Shown here one piece after another: positions 36,689 through 46,482 of a DNA stretch of 64,000 bases (within the stretch, counting starts at the first letter, position 1; every line of letters begins with the position of its first letter). The position numbers and the translations under genes are program-made. Source of the DNA: Nitrospirota bacterium (GTDB lineage: Bacteria > Nitrospirota > UBA9217); assembly GCA_963796285.1 (NCBI GenBank), contig CAWCKW010000013.1, positions 64,001 to 128,000 of the forward strand. The letters are read 5' to 3'. The notes beneath the pieces are model-generated. The model did no database searches, had not been told where the DNA came from, and saw only the letters and a program-made list of their open reading frames with translations.

Positions 36689-37615
36689 TCAGAGATTTTG
36701 TAGGGCCACGTGTGCATCCTGCACATCCTTCCGGATCTGCTGAACAAGTGCACCTGCATTGGAAAACTTCTCTTCTCCACGCAAACGTTTTACAAATTGG
36801 ACCTCTATTTCCTTGCCGTAGAGCCCCTCGTGGAAATCAAAAAGGTATACCTCTATTGAAACGGGTCCGGCATCAAAGGTGGGCCTGACCCCTATTGATG
36901 CCACCCCCTTGAGCGTTTGATGTTCAACCTGTGCGAGCACTGCGTAAACACCGTGAGCGGGTATAAGCTCATTGGCTATTTTAAGGTTGGCTGTAGGAAA
37001 ACCCAGCGTTTGTCCACGGTGCGATCCATGCACGACCTCACCCTCAACGGCATACCTCCTGCCGAGAAGACCGGCGGCCTCCTCAACGCTGCCTGCTGAT
37101 ATAAGATCACGGATGACTGAGCTGCTGACCACGATATCGTTCACCTGAACTGCTTCAACCACGCCCACTTCGAACCCGAAGGTCCGCCCCATTTCTTTCA
37201 ATGATTCAATACTACCTTCACGACCCTTACCAAAAGCATAGTCATAGCCGACATAAACCTCACGGACACCTATCTGTTTGAACAGAACATCGCGGGCGAA
37301 ATCCTCGGGATGCTGCTCAGCAAAAGTCCGCGTGAAGTTGGCACAGATCACGATCTCGATACCTGCCGCGGCAAGGAGCTTCATCTTGCCGTGAAAGGTG
37401 TTCAGCATCCTGGGCGAGCGCTCCGGGGCAAGGACCTTAAGCGGATGGGGCTCAAAGGTAAAAACAATGCTGGTCCCGTTGATCTCCCGGGCCCGTTCGA
37501 TCACTTTCTTGAATATCGCCTGATGCCCCAGATGCACCCCGTCGAAGTTCCCCAGCGTAAGCACCGGGCTCGGAAGCCGCTCGCTAAAGTTTTTAAGGCC
37601 ACGTACAATTCTCAT
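36689..37615 (-). CDS. ribF: Bifunctional riboflavin kinase/FAD synthetase
   Basis: GNFDGVHLGH, TFEPHP, SSSVIR, LGFPTAN, GVRPTF. Confidence 0.96.
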   Translation of the reverse strand: MRIVRGLKNFSERLPSPVLTLGNFDGVHLGHQAIFKKVIERAREINGTSIVFTFEPHPLKVLAPERSPRMLNTFHGKMKLLAAAGIEIVICANFTRTFAEQHPEDFARDVLFKQIGVREVYVGYDYAFGKGREGSIESLKEMGRTFGFEVGVVEAVQVNDIVVSSSVIRDLISAGSVEEAAGLLGRRYAVEGEVVHGSHRGQTLGFPTANLKIANELIPAHGVYAVLAQVEHQTLKGVASIGVRPTFDAGPVSIEVYLFDFHEGLYGKEIEVQFVKRLRGEEKFSNAGALVQQIRKDVQDAHVALQNL

Positions 37616-37756
37616 CGCGCACAGATAATCGCACAACAGGACAAAATTGTCAATCTCCCCTTTGCTCCGGCACTCGCCTTAGTAAGACCGCTTCGAGAAA
37701 TCCCAGACACGTTAATATATATTATTGTAAATCGCCCCCGCTCAAGCTGTTTTCTC

Positions 37757-37785
37757 TTGACTTTTCGGGCAAATAAGACTAATTT
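37757..37785 (+). promoter_or_regulatory. Putative sigma70 promoter of the scpA operon
   Basis: TTGACT-17 nt-TAATTT. Confidence 0.45.
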
Positions 37786-37847
37786 TCATTAGATTTCACG
37801 GGCGGACCGGAACCTTACAGGCCATGCACGGAGGGGCTTAACCATCC

Positions 37848-38606
37848 ATGTCGTACCAGATAAAGCTGGAGATCTTTGAAGGCCCAATGGACCTTCTCCT
37901 GCACCTGATCAAAAAGCACGAACTCGATATCTACTCCATCCCCATCGCACTCATCACCCAGCAGTACCTCGAATATATCGACCTCATGAAGAGCCTCGAC
38001 ATGGAGATCGCGGGCGAGTTTCTGGTGATGGCATCCACGCTCACTCACATCAAATCCAAGATGATGCTGCCGCCGTCCGAGAACCCCGACAGCGATGACG
38101 ACGGTCTGGATCCCCAGGCCGAGCTCATTCGACGGCTCCTCGAATACAAGAGCTACAAGGAAGCGGCACTATCGCTCGAGGACAAGGAAGAAACCTGGTC
38201 ACAGGTGTACACACGGCCTGCCGATGCCTCACTTGACCTCCCGGCCGACGATGAACCCCTGCTCTTCGACTTTCACCTTTTCGATCTGCTCGCGGCGCTC
38301 AAAGACGTCATGGCGCGGGTGCCTGATGCCAATTTCGAGATCACGGCCGATACCGTATCGATCACCGAGAAGATCTCCCAGATCCTGTCGCGACTTGAGT
38401 CCGTGGACAGCATGCTCTTCGCGGACCTCTTCGAGGGGAGCACGTCCAAAGCCCAGGTGATCGGCACGTTCCTGGCGCTCCTCGAGCTGGTCAAGACCCG
38501 GGTGGTCAAGGCGTTCCAGGTCGAGCAATTCGGTGCGATCCGGATCATGAAAGCCGTAAACGATCGGCAGAACCGGGACACTGCAACGGGAAATCTGTTC
38601 GGATAG
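37848..38606 (+). CDS. scpA: Segregation and condensation protein A (SMC kleisin)
   Basis: FEGPMDLLLHLI, EFLVMASTL..IKSKMMLP, FLALLEL, Q.EQFG.I. Confidence 0.95.
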   Translation: MSYQIKLEIFEGPMDLLLHLIKKHELDIYSIPIALITQQYLEYIDLMKSLDMEIAGEFLVMASTLTHIKSKMMLPPSENPDSDDDGLDPQAELIRRLLEYKSYKEAALSLEDKEETWSQVYTRPADASLDLPADDEPLLFDFHLFDLLAALKDVMARVPDANFEITADTVSITEKISQILSRLESVDSMLFADLFEGSTSKAQVIGTFLALLELVKTRVVKAFQVEQFGAIRIMKAVNDRQNRDTATGNLFG

Positions 38607-38650
38607 CAGCGACAGCTGTCAAGCCTCCAAGCTGGCAAGCTGATTCAATT

Positions 38651-39502
38651 ATGAAACCCGACATCAAAGCACTTGCGCAAGCAAAAAAATTCGGCGACAT
38701 CGAAACCGCGATCTATGCAGACCGAACGCTCATCGGCGATCTCGTTGTACTCCTCGCTGAAAAGGATGGCGACGTCCGGTCCGGTGTGCTGAACCTGCTG
38801 TCGCGCGTCGGGTTCGACTTCCCGAACGACACCCGGCAGCACCTGCCGACCTTGATCGCGCTGCTCGACGACCCTGATATGTTCATCAAGATCGACGCGG
38901 CGAACGCGGTCGGTAACCTGGGTTTCAGCTTCAAGGATGCGGCTGCCAAAGCTGCCCCAAAGTTGAAGCTGCTCCTGAATCATGAGCAGAGTCTCGTGCG
39001 TCAGGAAGCGGCCTACGCCCTCGGAAACATCGGTTTCGCCCATACGGACCTTGTGAAGGATGCGGTCCCCCGGTTGATCCAGATGCTCGAAGGGGGCGAT
39101 GACGATGAACGCGAGTCAGCCGCTCATGCCCTGGGCAAGGTAGGCATCAACGCGCCGGAGCTGATCAGGGGGATCCTTCCTAAACTCGTGGAGGTGCTCG
39201 AGTTCTCGAAAGAGGCGACCTGTGGAGGCGTGCTCTTTGCCCTGGGCGCCATCGGCCTGCATTATCCCCGGGAAGTGGCGAGCCTGGTGCCGCGGCTGAT
39301 CCAGTATCTGGACAGCGGCAACCCGAACGCGGTCAAGAACGCGGTGGCCGCACTCGGGAACATCGGCAGCTCCCGCCCGGAGCTCGTCAAGGACGCGATC
39401 CCAAAAATCAGAAAGATCATGGAGACCACGACGGACATTGACGTAAAGATGAACACCAAGGTGGCGCTTGGAAGACTGGGCGACCCCTCGGCGATGGAAT
39501 GA
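38651..39502 (+). CDS. HEAT-repeat protein (7 repeats, 37-aa period)
   Basis: Repeats begin at L31, L68, L105, L142, L179, L216, I253 (P.L..LL.......R..A..ALG.IG). Confidence 0.9.
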   Translation: MKPDIKALAQAKKFGDIETAIYADRTLIGDLVVLLAEKDGDVRSGVLNLLSRVGFDFPNDTRQHLPTLIALLDDPDMFIKIDAANAVGNLGFSFKDAAAKAAPKLKLLLNHEQSLVRQEAAYALGNIGFAHTDLVKDAVPRLIQMLEGGDDDERESAAHALGKVGINAPELIRGILPKLVEVLEFSKEATCGGVLFALGAIGLHYPREVASLVPRLIQYLDSGNPNAVKNAVAALGNIGSSRPELVKDAIPKIRKIMETTTDIDVKMNTKVALGRLGDPSAME

Positions 39503-39598
39503 AACCGTTTTGAGTTATTAGTCCATCGATTCGATCGTCGTTTCACAACTCAAAGCTGAACACTCTAAACTCATAACTTTTTTTGAGGTTTTTTAAAA

Positions 39599-40282
39599 TT
39601 GGAAGATCATCAACTGAAATCAGCGATCGAGGCGCTCGTTTTCTCCTCGGGCAATCCCCTGTCCCTGGACCGGCTCAAAGCTATCTTTGAAGAGGCAACA
39701 GCCGAGCAGATCATGGAACAAGTCCGGCTGCTTCAGCAGGAATACATCGACCGAGGATCGGGTCTTATGCTGGCCGAAGTCGCCGGCGGATACCAGCTCG
39801 CAACGCGGCCGGAGCACTTCGAATGGATACGGAAATTCAAGACCGTAAAAACAACAACCAGACTCTCGAAGCCCGCGCTCGAGACCCTCGCCATTGTGGC
39901 GTATAAGCAGCCCATCACCCGCTCGGAAGTGGAAGCGATCCGCGGCGTGAACATCGGCGGCATCATGAGAAACCTCATGGAGCGACGCCTTGTGAAGATC
40001 GTGGGCAAGAAGGACGTGCCGGGCAAACCCATGATGTACGGAACCACGCTGGATTTCCTCCAGTACTTCGGTTTGAACGATCTCTCAGCCCTCCCGACGC
40101 TCAAGGAGTTCCAGGAGCTTGAGGCAGGAGAGGAAGTCATGGAAGAGGTACCCCTTGTTGAGGAAGAGAACTCAGATGCATCCTCATCCGAGGATACGGC
40201 CTTAGAAGAGGCGTTGTCCCCAGAGGCGGCTGAACCTGAAACACTGACAGCAGCCTCAACCGAGGAGAACGTGTCAGGATGA
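39599..40282 (+). CDS. scpB: Segregation and condensation protein B
   Basis: IEALVF, VAGGYQLAT, LSKPALETLAIVAYKQPITRSEVEAIRGV, YGTT..FL.YFGL..L..LP; acidic tail; TTG start. Confidence 0.95.
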   Translation: MEDHQLKSAIEALVFSSGNPLSLDRLKAIFEEATAEQIMEQVRLLQQEYIDRGSGLMLAEVAGGYQLATRPEHFEWIRKFKTVKTTTRLSKPALETLAIVAYKQPITRSEVEAIRGVNIGGIMRNLMERRLVKIVGKKDVPGKPMMYGTTLDFLQYFGLNDLSALPTLKEFQELEAGEEVMEEVPLVEEENSDASSSEDTALEEALSPEAAEPETLTAASTEENVSG

Positions 40283-41223
40283 TCGAGCTCAAGGATGCTT
40301 TGCGCAAAAAAGAAATTTGGGCCATCGGCGGCGGCAAGGGTGGGATCGGCAAAAGCCTGATCACGGGGAACATCGGCATCACCCTCGCGCGCCTTAAGAA
40401 AAAGGTCCTGCTGGTGGACGCGGACCTGGGAGGAGCGAACCTTCACACCACGCTCGGTATCGGCGTCCCGCAGATGACGCTCTCCGATTTTCTTGACCAT
40501 CGTGTCAAGACCATCCAGGAAGTTATTATCAAGACAGGCATCCCGAACCTGAGCCTCGTCAGCGGCGCCCAGGACTTCCTCGACGCGGCCAACCCGAATT
40601 TTGCTCAGAAAACGCGCCTGCTGAGACACCTCGAGACGCTGGATGCGGATTACATTCTCCTCGACCTCGGTGCGGGCACCTCGTTCAACATCCTCGATTT
40701 TTTCCTATTCTCGGACCACGGCATCCTCGTGGTGCTGCCCGAGCCTACGGCCATTGAGAACGCCTACCGATTCATCAAGAGCGCCTTCTACCGCAGGTTC
40801 AAAAGGGTGGTGGTGAATCAGAATATCAAGGACCTTATCGATGCGGCCATGGACCAGAAGAACACCATGGGCATCCGCACCCCCTACGACCTGATCGAAC
40901 GCGTGAAGCTGATGGAGCGGGAGGTGGGCGAGATCCTCGAACTCGAAGTCATGAAATTCCGTCCCAAGCTGATCGTGAACCAGGTGAGGACCAAGAACGA
41001 CATCCAGATCGGGTTCTCGATGAAAAGCGCCTGCCAGAAATACTTCGGTATCAATGTTGATTATCTTGGCTATGTGGAATACGATGATTGTGTATGGCAG
41101 TCCATCAGGAGCAAACGGCCGCTCATGATCGAGTACCCCTTCTCACGGCCATCACGCTGCATTGAGCGGATCGTCCACAACCTGCTCAGGAAAGAGCAGC
41201 TGACGCTCAGCATGCTCTATTAG
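40279..41223 (+). CDS. MinD/FlhG(FleN)-like P-loop ATPase
   Basis: Deviant Walker A GGKGGIGKS, DADLGGANL, DLGAG, PEPTAIENAY; ATGA overlap with scpB. Confidence 0.9.
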   Translation: MIELKDALRKKEIWAIGGGKGGIGKSLITGNIGITLARLKKKVLLVDADLGGANLHTTLGIGVPQMTLSDFLDHRVKTIQEVIIKTGIPNLSLVSGAQDFLDAANPNFAQKTRLLRHLETLDADYILLDLGAGTSFNILDFFLFSDHGILVVLPEPTAIENAYRFIKSAFYRRFKRVVVNQNIKDLIDAAMDQKNTMGIRTPYDLIERVKLMEREVGEILELEVMKFRPKLIVNQVRTKNDIQIGFSMKSACQKYFGINVDYLGYVEYDDCVWQSIRSKRPLMIEYPFSRPSRCIERIVHNLLRKEQLTLSMLY

Positions 41224-41234
41224 GGGAGGTTCGT

Positions 41235-41945
41235 ATGATCAAAAAGATAGAAGACCTGAACTACTACGAACTGCTGGAGGTCAGTCCCCGGGCAACCTCC
41301 CAGGAAATCCACAAGGCCTACGAACGGGTCCGGCGAGTGTACGAACCGAATTCCATGGCGCTCTATTCGCTCTTCAGTCCCGAAGAGTCCGCGATCATTA
41401 CCCAGCGGATAGAAGAAGCTTACCGGACCCTTGTGTATGATGACAACCGAAAACGGTACGATGCCCTCTTGCGAGGACAGGACGAACTGCCTGAGTTGCC
41501 GCTACTCCCGTCTGAGCCGGAATACGAGCCTCGTCCTGTTGAGCCGACACATCATCCTCGCCATGCTCAGTCGACCCTCACGCTGCCGTCGGAGAACCGC
41601 TACATTACCGCTCCGGAATTGCCTTTCCAGCAACCAATCCCTCAAAATAATGTGCGCGAGCCAATTTCGCCGGTCTCCCAGTTCATTGCGGATTTTACCG
41701 GACCCGCCATCAAGATGCTGAGAGAGCAACACAGCCTGACGCTGCGGAATATCGCTGATATGACAAAGATCGGAACGCGATACCTCGAATGCATCGAAGA
41801 TGAAATATATGATAAACTGCCTGCCCGTGCCTATATCCGGGGGTTCCTCATGCTCTATGCTAAGGCCCTCGGCTGCGAACCCGAGCGGATGGCAAGCGAC
41901 TATCTCAAGCGCTATGATGCAGCGAAGAATCCACCGAAAAAGTAA
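41235..41945 (+). CDS. J-domain-like plus RodZ/Xre-type HTH protein
   Basis: NYYELLEVSP.A...EI..AY...I.EAY.TL.....R..YD (no HPD); C-terminal LRE...L....IA..TKI...YL..IE......LP...Y.RGFL..YAK.LG. Confidence 0.85.
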   Translation: MIKKIEDLNYYELLEVSPRATSQEIHKAYERVRRVYEPNSMALYSLFSPEESAIITQRIEEAYRTLVYDDNRKRYDALLRGQDELPELPLLPSEPEYEPRPVEPTHHPRHAQSTLTLPSENRYITAPELPFQQPIPQNNVREPISPVSQFIADFTGPAIKMLREQHSLTLRNIADMTKIGTRYLECIEDEIYDKLPARAYIRGFLMLYAKALGCEPERMASDYLKRYDAAKNPPKK

Positions 41946-42017
41946 AGGAACTCGGGTTCAAGGTTCGATGTTCAAAGTTAGCTTCTCAACGCTGAACCCT
42001 ACAACCCCCAACCCTGC

Positions 42018-45000
42018 CTACCGACTGCTGTCTACCGACTTTCTCAATTCCCTTTCCTTCCAGATCACATAGATCGCCGGATAGATAATGAGCTCCAGGA
42101 TCGTCGAGGTGATTACGCCGCCGACCATGGGCGCGGCAATGCGCTTCATCACGTCCGCACCCGTCCCGTTCGAGAACATGATCGGCACCAGGCCCGCCAG
42201 GATCACCGACACGGTCATGATCTTGGGCCGGATCCTCTTTACCGCACCTTCCATCACCGAGTCCTCGATATCGCGGAGCGAATGAATGTTACCCTCTGCC
42301 TTCCACTTGTTGTACGCGAGATCCAGATAAAGCAGCATCACGATCCCGGTCTCAGCATCGAGCCCGGCCAGGGCGATCACGCCGACCCAGACCGCGGTGC
42401 TCAGGTGGTACCCAAGAAAGTAGAGAAGCCAGACCGTGCCCACGAGCGAGAACGGCACCGCGAGCAGCACGATCGCGGTCTTGGTCCAGGACCCGGTGTT
42501 CAGGTAGAGGAGCACGATGATGATCAACAGCGTGAGCGGGATAACGTAGAAAAGTTTGGCTTTCACGTTCTCCATGTACTCGTACTGGCCGCTCCACTGG
42601 AGCCTGTACCCCGTCGGTACCTTGACATGCCCGGCAATGGCCTTCTTTGCCTGTTCAACGTATCCGCCGAAGTCGCTTCCGGATATGCTGAGAGTGACCG
42701 CCGCGGTCAGCATCCCTCCCTCGCTCTGTATCATGCCCGGTCCCCGTTTCACCTGAATGTCCGCAAGCTGTCCCAAAGGCACCTGGGCCCCGCCCATTAC
42801 CGGGACGAGGACCCGCTGCAGCTTTCCGATGTCGTCCCGCAGCTCGCGGCCATAGCGGATGTTCACGGGATAGCGTTCCCTGCCCTCGACCGTGGTCGTC
42901 AGGTTCATTCCGCCGATGGCCGACTGGATGACTTCCTGCACATCCTCGATGGTAAGCCCGTATCGGGCGATGGCGTCCCGGTTGATCGTGAAATCCAGGA
43001 AATATCCCGTGTTCGCCCGCTCGGCATAAGCGCTTCTCGTGCCCGGAACATCCTTGAGCGTCCGTTCCACATCGAGCCCGATACGCTCGATCTCGTCCAG
43101 ACGGGGCCCAAAGACCTTAATGCCGAGGGGAGTACGTATGCCTGTGGAGAGCATATCGATCCTGCCGATGATCGGCATGGTCCAGGTATTGGCTACACCG
43201 GGGACCGACAGGGCGCTGTCCAGCTCATCGCGTAGGTCCTCCCACTTCCTGAACTGGGGCCGCCACTCCTTTTCCGGCTTCAAATTCACGATGGTCTCGA
43301 ACATCTCCAGGGGTGCCGGGTCCGTGGGCGTCTCGGCCCGTCCTGCCTTGCCGAAGACCGACTCCACTTCGGGGAACTGCATCAGGATCCGGTCCTGGGC
43401 CTGGACCAGCTGCCCCACGGTGGTAATGGACGCGCCGGGCAAACTTGAGGGCATATAGAACAGCGTCCCTTCATACAGGGGCGGCATGAACTCAGACCCG
43501 AGTTTCATAAAGGGGATGATCGTAACGATCACAACAACGATGGCAGCAAGGATAACCGCTTTCCGCCAATGGAGGGAACATCCGGCCACGGGGTGGTAGA
43601 GCCTAATCAGAAAACGGCTGACCGGGTTATCATCCTCATGCCTGATCTTCCCCTTGATGAAAAGCGTCATCAGCACCGGTGTGAGCGTGATGGCCAGAAA
43701 GCTCGCAAAGAGCATCGAAAAGGTCTTGGTGTATGCCAGGGGTTTGAACAGCCTGCCCGCCTGGTCCTCGAGCGTGAATACCGGAAGGAACCCGACGGTG
43801 ATCACGAGGAGCGAGAAGAAGAGCGACGGCCCCACCTCTTTTGCCGCGTCAATGATCACGTCAACCCGCGATCCCGGCCTGCCCGCCGCTTCCCAGTCCT
43901 CGAGCTTCTTGTGGGCGTTTTCGACCATGATGATCGAGGCATCGACCATGGCGCCGATGGCGATGGCAATGCCGGACAGACTCATAATGTTCGAGCTGAT
44001 CTTTAGATAGTACATGCAGATGAACGAGATAAGGATCGCGATCGGCAGCGTCAGGATAACCACCAGGGCGCTAGGAAGATGAAACAGGAATATGATGCAA
44101 ACCACGCTCACGGCGATTCCGAGCTTGATCACCTCATCGCGGAGCGTATCAACGGACCGATGGATCAGCTCCGACCGGTCATAGGTGGTAATGATCTTCA
44201 CTCCTTCGGGCAGGGACGGCCTGATCTGCTTGATCTTCTCCTTCACCCGCTCGACAACAGCAAGTACGTTCTCGCCGAACCGGACCACCACGATGCCGCC
44301 CACGGCCTCGCCCTTGCCGTCGAAGTCAGCCAGACCGCGCCGGATTTCGGGGCCAAGCTGGACCGTGCCGACATCCCGGAGCAGGATTGGCGTTCCCTTT
44401 CCGTCGCCACCGACGGCGATCTTCTCAATGTCTGTTTTGTCCTTGATATATCCACGGCCGCGGACCATGTATTCGCGGCCCGACCACTCCACCACCCGTC
44501 CTTCGACATCACGGTTGCTTCTCCTGACCGCCTCCATCACCTTCATGAGCGGTAAATTGTAGGCGATCAGCCGGTTCGGGTCAACCGTGATCTGGTACTG
44601 CTTCACGAACCCGCCCACACTCGCGACCTCGGAAACGCCGGGCACGGATTCGAAAGCGTACTTGAGCGTCCAGTCCTGGAGCGACCGGAGCTGCGCGAGG
44701 TCTTGCTTGCCCGACTCATCCACCAAGGCGTACTGAAATCCCCAGCCAACGCCTGTGGCATCCGGCCCGAGAAGCGGAGCCACTCCGGCGGGAAGTTTGC
44801 CCTGCACACCCTGGAGGTACTCGAGCACCCGGCTCCGCGCCCAGTAGATGTCCGTACCGTCCTCGAAGATGGCATAGACGAAGGACAGGCCGAGGAAGGA
44901 CTTGCCTCGCACGGCCCGAACCTTCGGCGCGGCAAGAAGGGTGGAGACGATGGGATAGGTGATCTGGTCCTCGACCAGGTCCGGACTCCTTCCGGGCCAG

Positions 45001-45155
45001 TCGGTGAACACGATCACCTGGACATCGGAAAGATCGGGGATCGCGTCGAGTGGCGTATGGAACACCGCCCAGATGCCCCAGATCGTGAGGAAACCCACGA
45101 GGAGGAATACCAGGAACTTATTTCGCGCTGAGAGCTCTATGATTTTGGCAAGCAT
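42018..45155 (-). CDS. cusA: CusA/CzcA-family heavy-metal RND efflux transporter
   Basis: PLDAIPDLSDVQVIV, GPDATGVGW, GAMVDASII, RIRPKIMT; 1045 aa. Confidence 0.93.
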   Translation of the reverse strand: MLAKIIELSARNKFLVFLLVGFLTIWGIWAVFHTPLDAIPDLSDVQVIVFTDWPGRSPDLVEDQITYPIVSTLLAAPKVRAVRGKSFLGLSFVYAIFEDGTDIYWARSRVLEYLQGVQGKLPAGVAPLLGPDATGVGWGFQYALVDESGKQDLAQLRSLQDWTLKYAFESVPGVSEVASVGGFVKQYQITVDPNRLIAYNLPLMKVMEAVRRSNRDVEGRVVEWSGREYMVRGRGYIKDKTDIEKIAVGGDGKGTPILLRDVGTVQLGPEIRRGLADFDGKGEAVGGIVVVRFGENVLAVVERVKEKIKQIRPSLPEGVKIITTYDRSELIHRSVDTLRDEVIKLGIAVSVVCIIFLFHLPSALVVILTLPIAILISFICMYYLKISSNIMSLSGIAIAIGAMVDASIIMVENAHKKLEDWEAAGRPGSRVDVIIDAAKEVGPSLFFSLLVITVGFLPVFTLEDQAGRLFKPLAYTKTFSMLFASFLAITLTPVLMTLFIKGKIRHEDDNPVSRFLIRLYHPVAGCSLHWRKAVILAAIVVVIVTIIPFMKLGSEFMPPLYEGTLFYMPSSLPGASITTVGQLVQAQDRILMQFPEVESVFGKAGRAETPTDPAPLEMFETIVNLKPEKEWRPQFRKWEDLRDELDSALSVPGVANTWTMPIIGRIDMLSTGIRTPLGIKVFGPRLDEIERIGLDVERTLKDVPGTRSAYAERANTGYFLDFTINRDAIARYGLTIEDVQEVIQSAIGGMNLTTTVEGRERYPVNIRYGRELRDDIGKLQRVLVPVMGGAQVPLGQLADIQVKRGPGMIQSEGGMLTAAVTLSISGSDFGGYVEQAKKAIAGHVKVPTGYRLQWSGQYEYMENVKAKLFYVIPLTLLIIIVLLYLNTGSWTKTAIVLLAVPFSLVGTVWLLYFLGYHLSTAVWVGVIALAGLDAETGIVMLLYLDLAYNKWKAEGNIHSLRDIEDSVMEGAVKRIRPKIMTVSVILAGLVPIMFSNGTGADVMKRIAAPMVGGVITSTILELIIYPAIYVIWKERELRKSVDSSR

Positions 45156-45165
45156 GAAGTACCTC

Positions 45166-45282
45166 AGTTCGGAGTGCGGAGTTCGGAGTGCGGAGTGATA
45201 GCAGGCTGCGTAGAGAGCCTCCGTTGATTCAACTTCCGTTTCATTCGTTCATTCCGCACTCGCCACTCCGCATTCCGCATTT
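45166..45282. repeat. Inverted heptamer tandem-repeat element (AGTGCGG / TCCGCA(C/T))
   Basis: Left arm AGTTCGG-AGTGCGG-AGTTCGG-AGTGCGG; right arm ATTCCGC-ACTCGCC-ACTCCGC-ATTCCGC; same unit at ~20400-20428 and ~60980-61003. Confidence 0.8.
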
Positions 45283-45285
45283 GTC

Positions 45286-46482
45286 CTACTGTCCGGACTG
45301 CAGCTGGCTCTCCGAGTCGATCAGGAAGTTGCCCGAGGTGACCACGCGCTCGCCCTTCTTGATCCCCGTAAGCACCTCAACCTCGTTCTCACCGCGCACG
45401 CCGAGCGTCACCTTGCGCATCTCGAAGACACCTGGTTCTTTTTCCACATACACGATCTGGCGCGTACCGGAATCCAGCACCGAGCTTCGGGGGATGACAA
45501 GCCTGGCGTGGGAAGAGGTCATGATTTCGACATTCACATACATGTCCGGTTTGAGAACAAGTCCCGGATTTTGCACAGCGATCCGTACCTTGACCGTTCG
45601 AGTCATGGGGTCAAGCACCGGGTTGATGAAGCTCACCGTTGCGTGCAGCACCTCGCCCGAAGAGTACGGCACGGTCACCCGCGCCTTCTGGCCGACCTTC
45701 ACGAGAGGGACCTCATATTCATAAACGTCCGCGATGATCCAGACCGTGGAAAGGTCCGCGATCTTGAACAGGTTCATTCCCGGCGTGATATAGGTGCCGT
45801 CGAGCACCATCTTTTCAAGCACAATGCCGTTCAGCGGGGCATGGATGGTCATTTCCGTACTTGTTTTTCCCGTCTTCTCGATCCCCGCGATCTGCTCCTC
45901 CGTGATGTCCCACAGAATCAACCTGCGCTTCGCGGAATCGATCAACGATTGCTGGGATGCCTGGACCTCCGCAATGCCTCCTGAAATCGCGGTCCGTGCC
46001 CGCAGGGCCAGCAAGTACTCCTCCTGGGCAGAGACCAGGTCGGGGCTGTAGATCGAAAGGAGCGGCTGCCCCTTGACGACCCGATCTCCGGTAAAGTTCA
46101 CGAATAATTTTTTGACCCATCCGGCTATCTTCGTGTTCACGAACGCGAGCCGGGTCTCGTTGACCTCTACCTTCCCCACGGTCCGGATCTGCTTGTCCAG
46201 CGTGCGAAACCCGGCTGCTGCGGTCCGCACCCCGATCAGCTGGCGCTTATCCTCTGAGATAGTTATGGTCGGCGCTGCTTCCGCCTGCACGGATGCCGGG
46301 GGAGTCTGCGCCTGTGTTGCCGTTGCCGCGCTTTGTGTTTTGGTCCCGTGGGCCGAATGGTCCTGGTTCTGGGCCAGTGCCGTCGTCCCCGGTACGATCA
46401 GGAGGACCAGGACGAGTGCATATGGCAACGGGTAAATTGAAACGTGCATATTTTTCAGTGTCCGCGATTTTGCATTTTTCAT
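45286..46482 (-). CDS. cusB: CusB-like periplasmic adaptor
   Basis: IYSPDLVSAQEEYL, IADLSTVW, TRTVKVR, SGNFLIDSES. Confidence 0.9.
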   Translation of the reverse strand: MKNAKSRTLKNMHVSIYPLPYALVLVLLIVPGTTALAQNQDHSAHGTKTQSAATATQAQTPPASVQAEAAPTITISEDKRQLIGVRTAAAGFRTLDKQIRTVGKVEVNETRLAFVNTKIAGWVKKLFVNFTGDRVVKGQPLLSIYSPDLVSAQEEYLLALRARTAISGGIAEVQASQQSLIDSAKRRLILWDITEEQIAGIEKTGKTSTEMTIHAPLNGIVLEKMVLDGTYITPGMNLFKIADLSTVWIIADVYEYEVPLVKVGQKARVTVPYSSGEVLHATVSFINPVLDPMTRTVKVRIAVQNPGLVLKPDMYVNVEIMTSSHARLVIPRSSVLDSGTRQIVYVEKEPGVFEMRKVTLGVRGENEVEVLTGIKKGERVVTSGNFLIDSESQLQSGQ

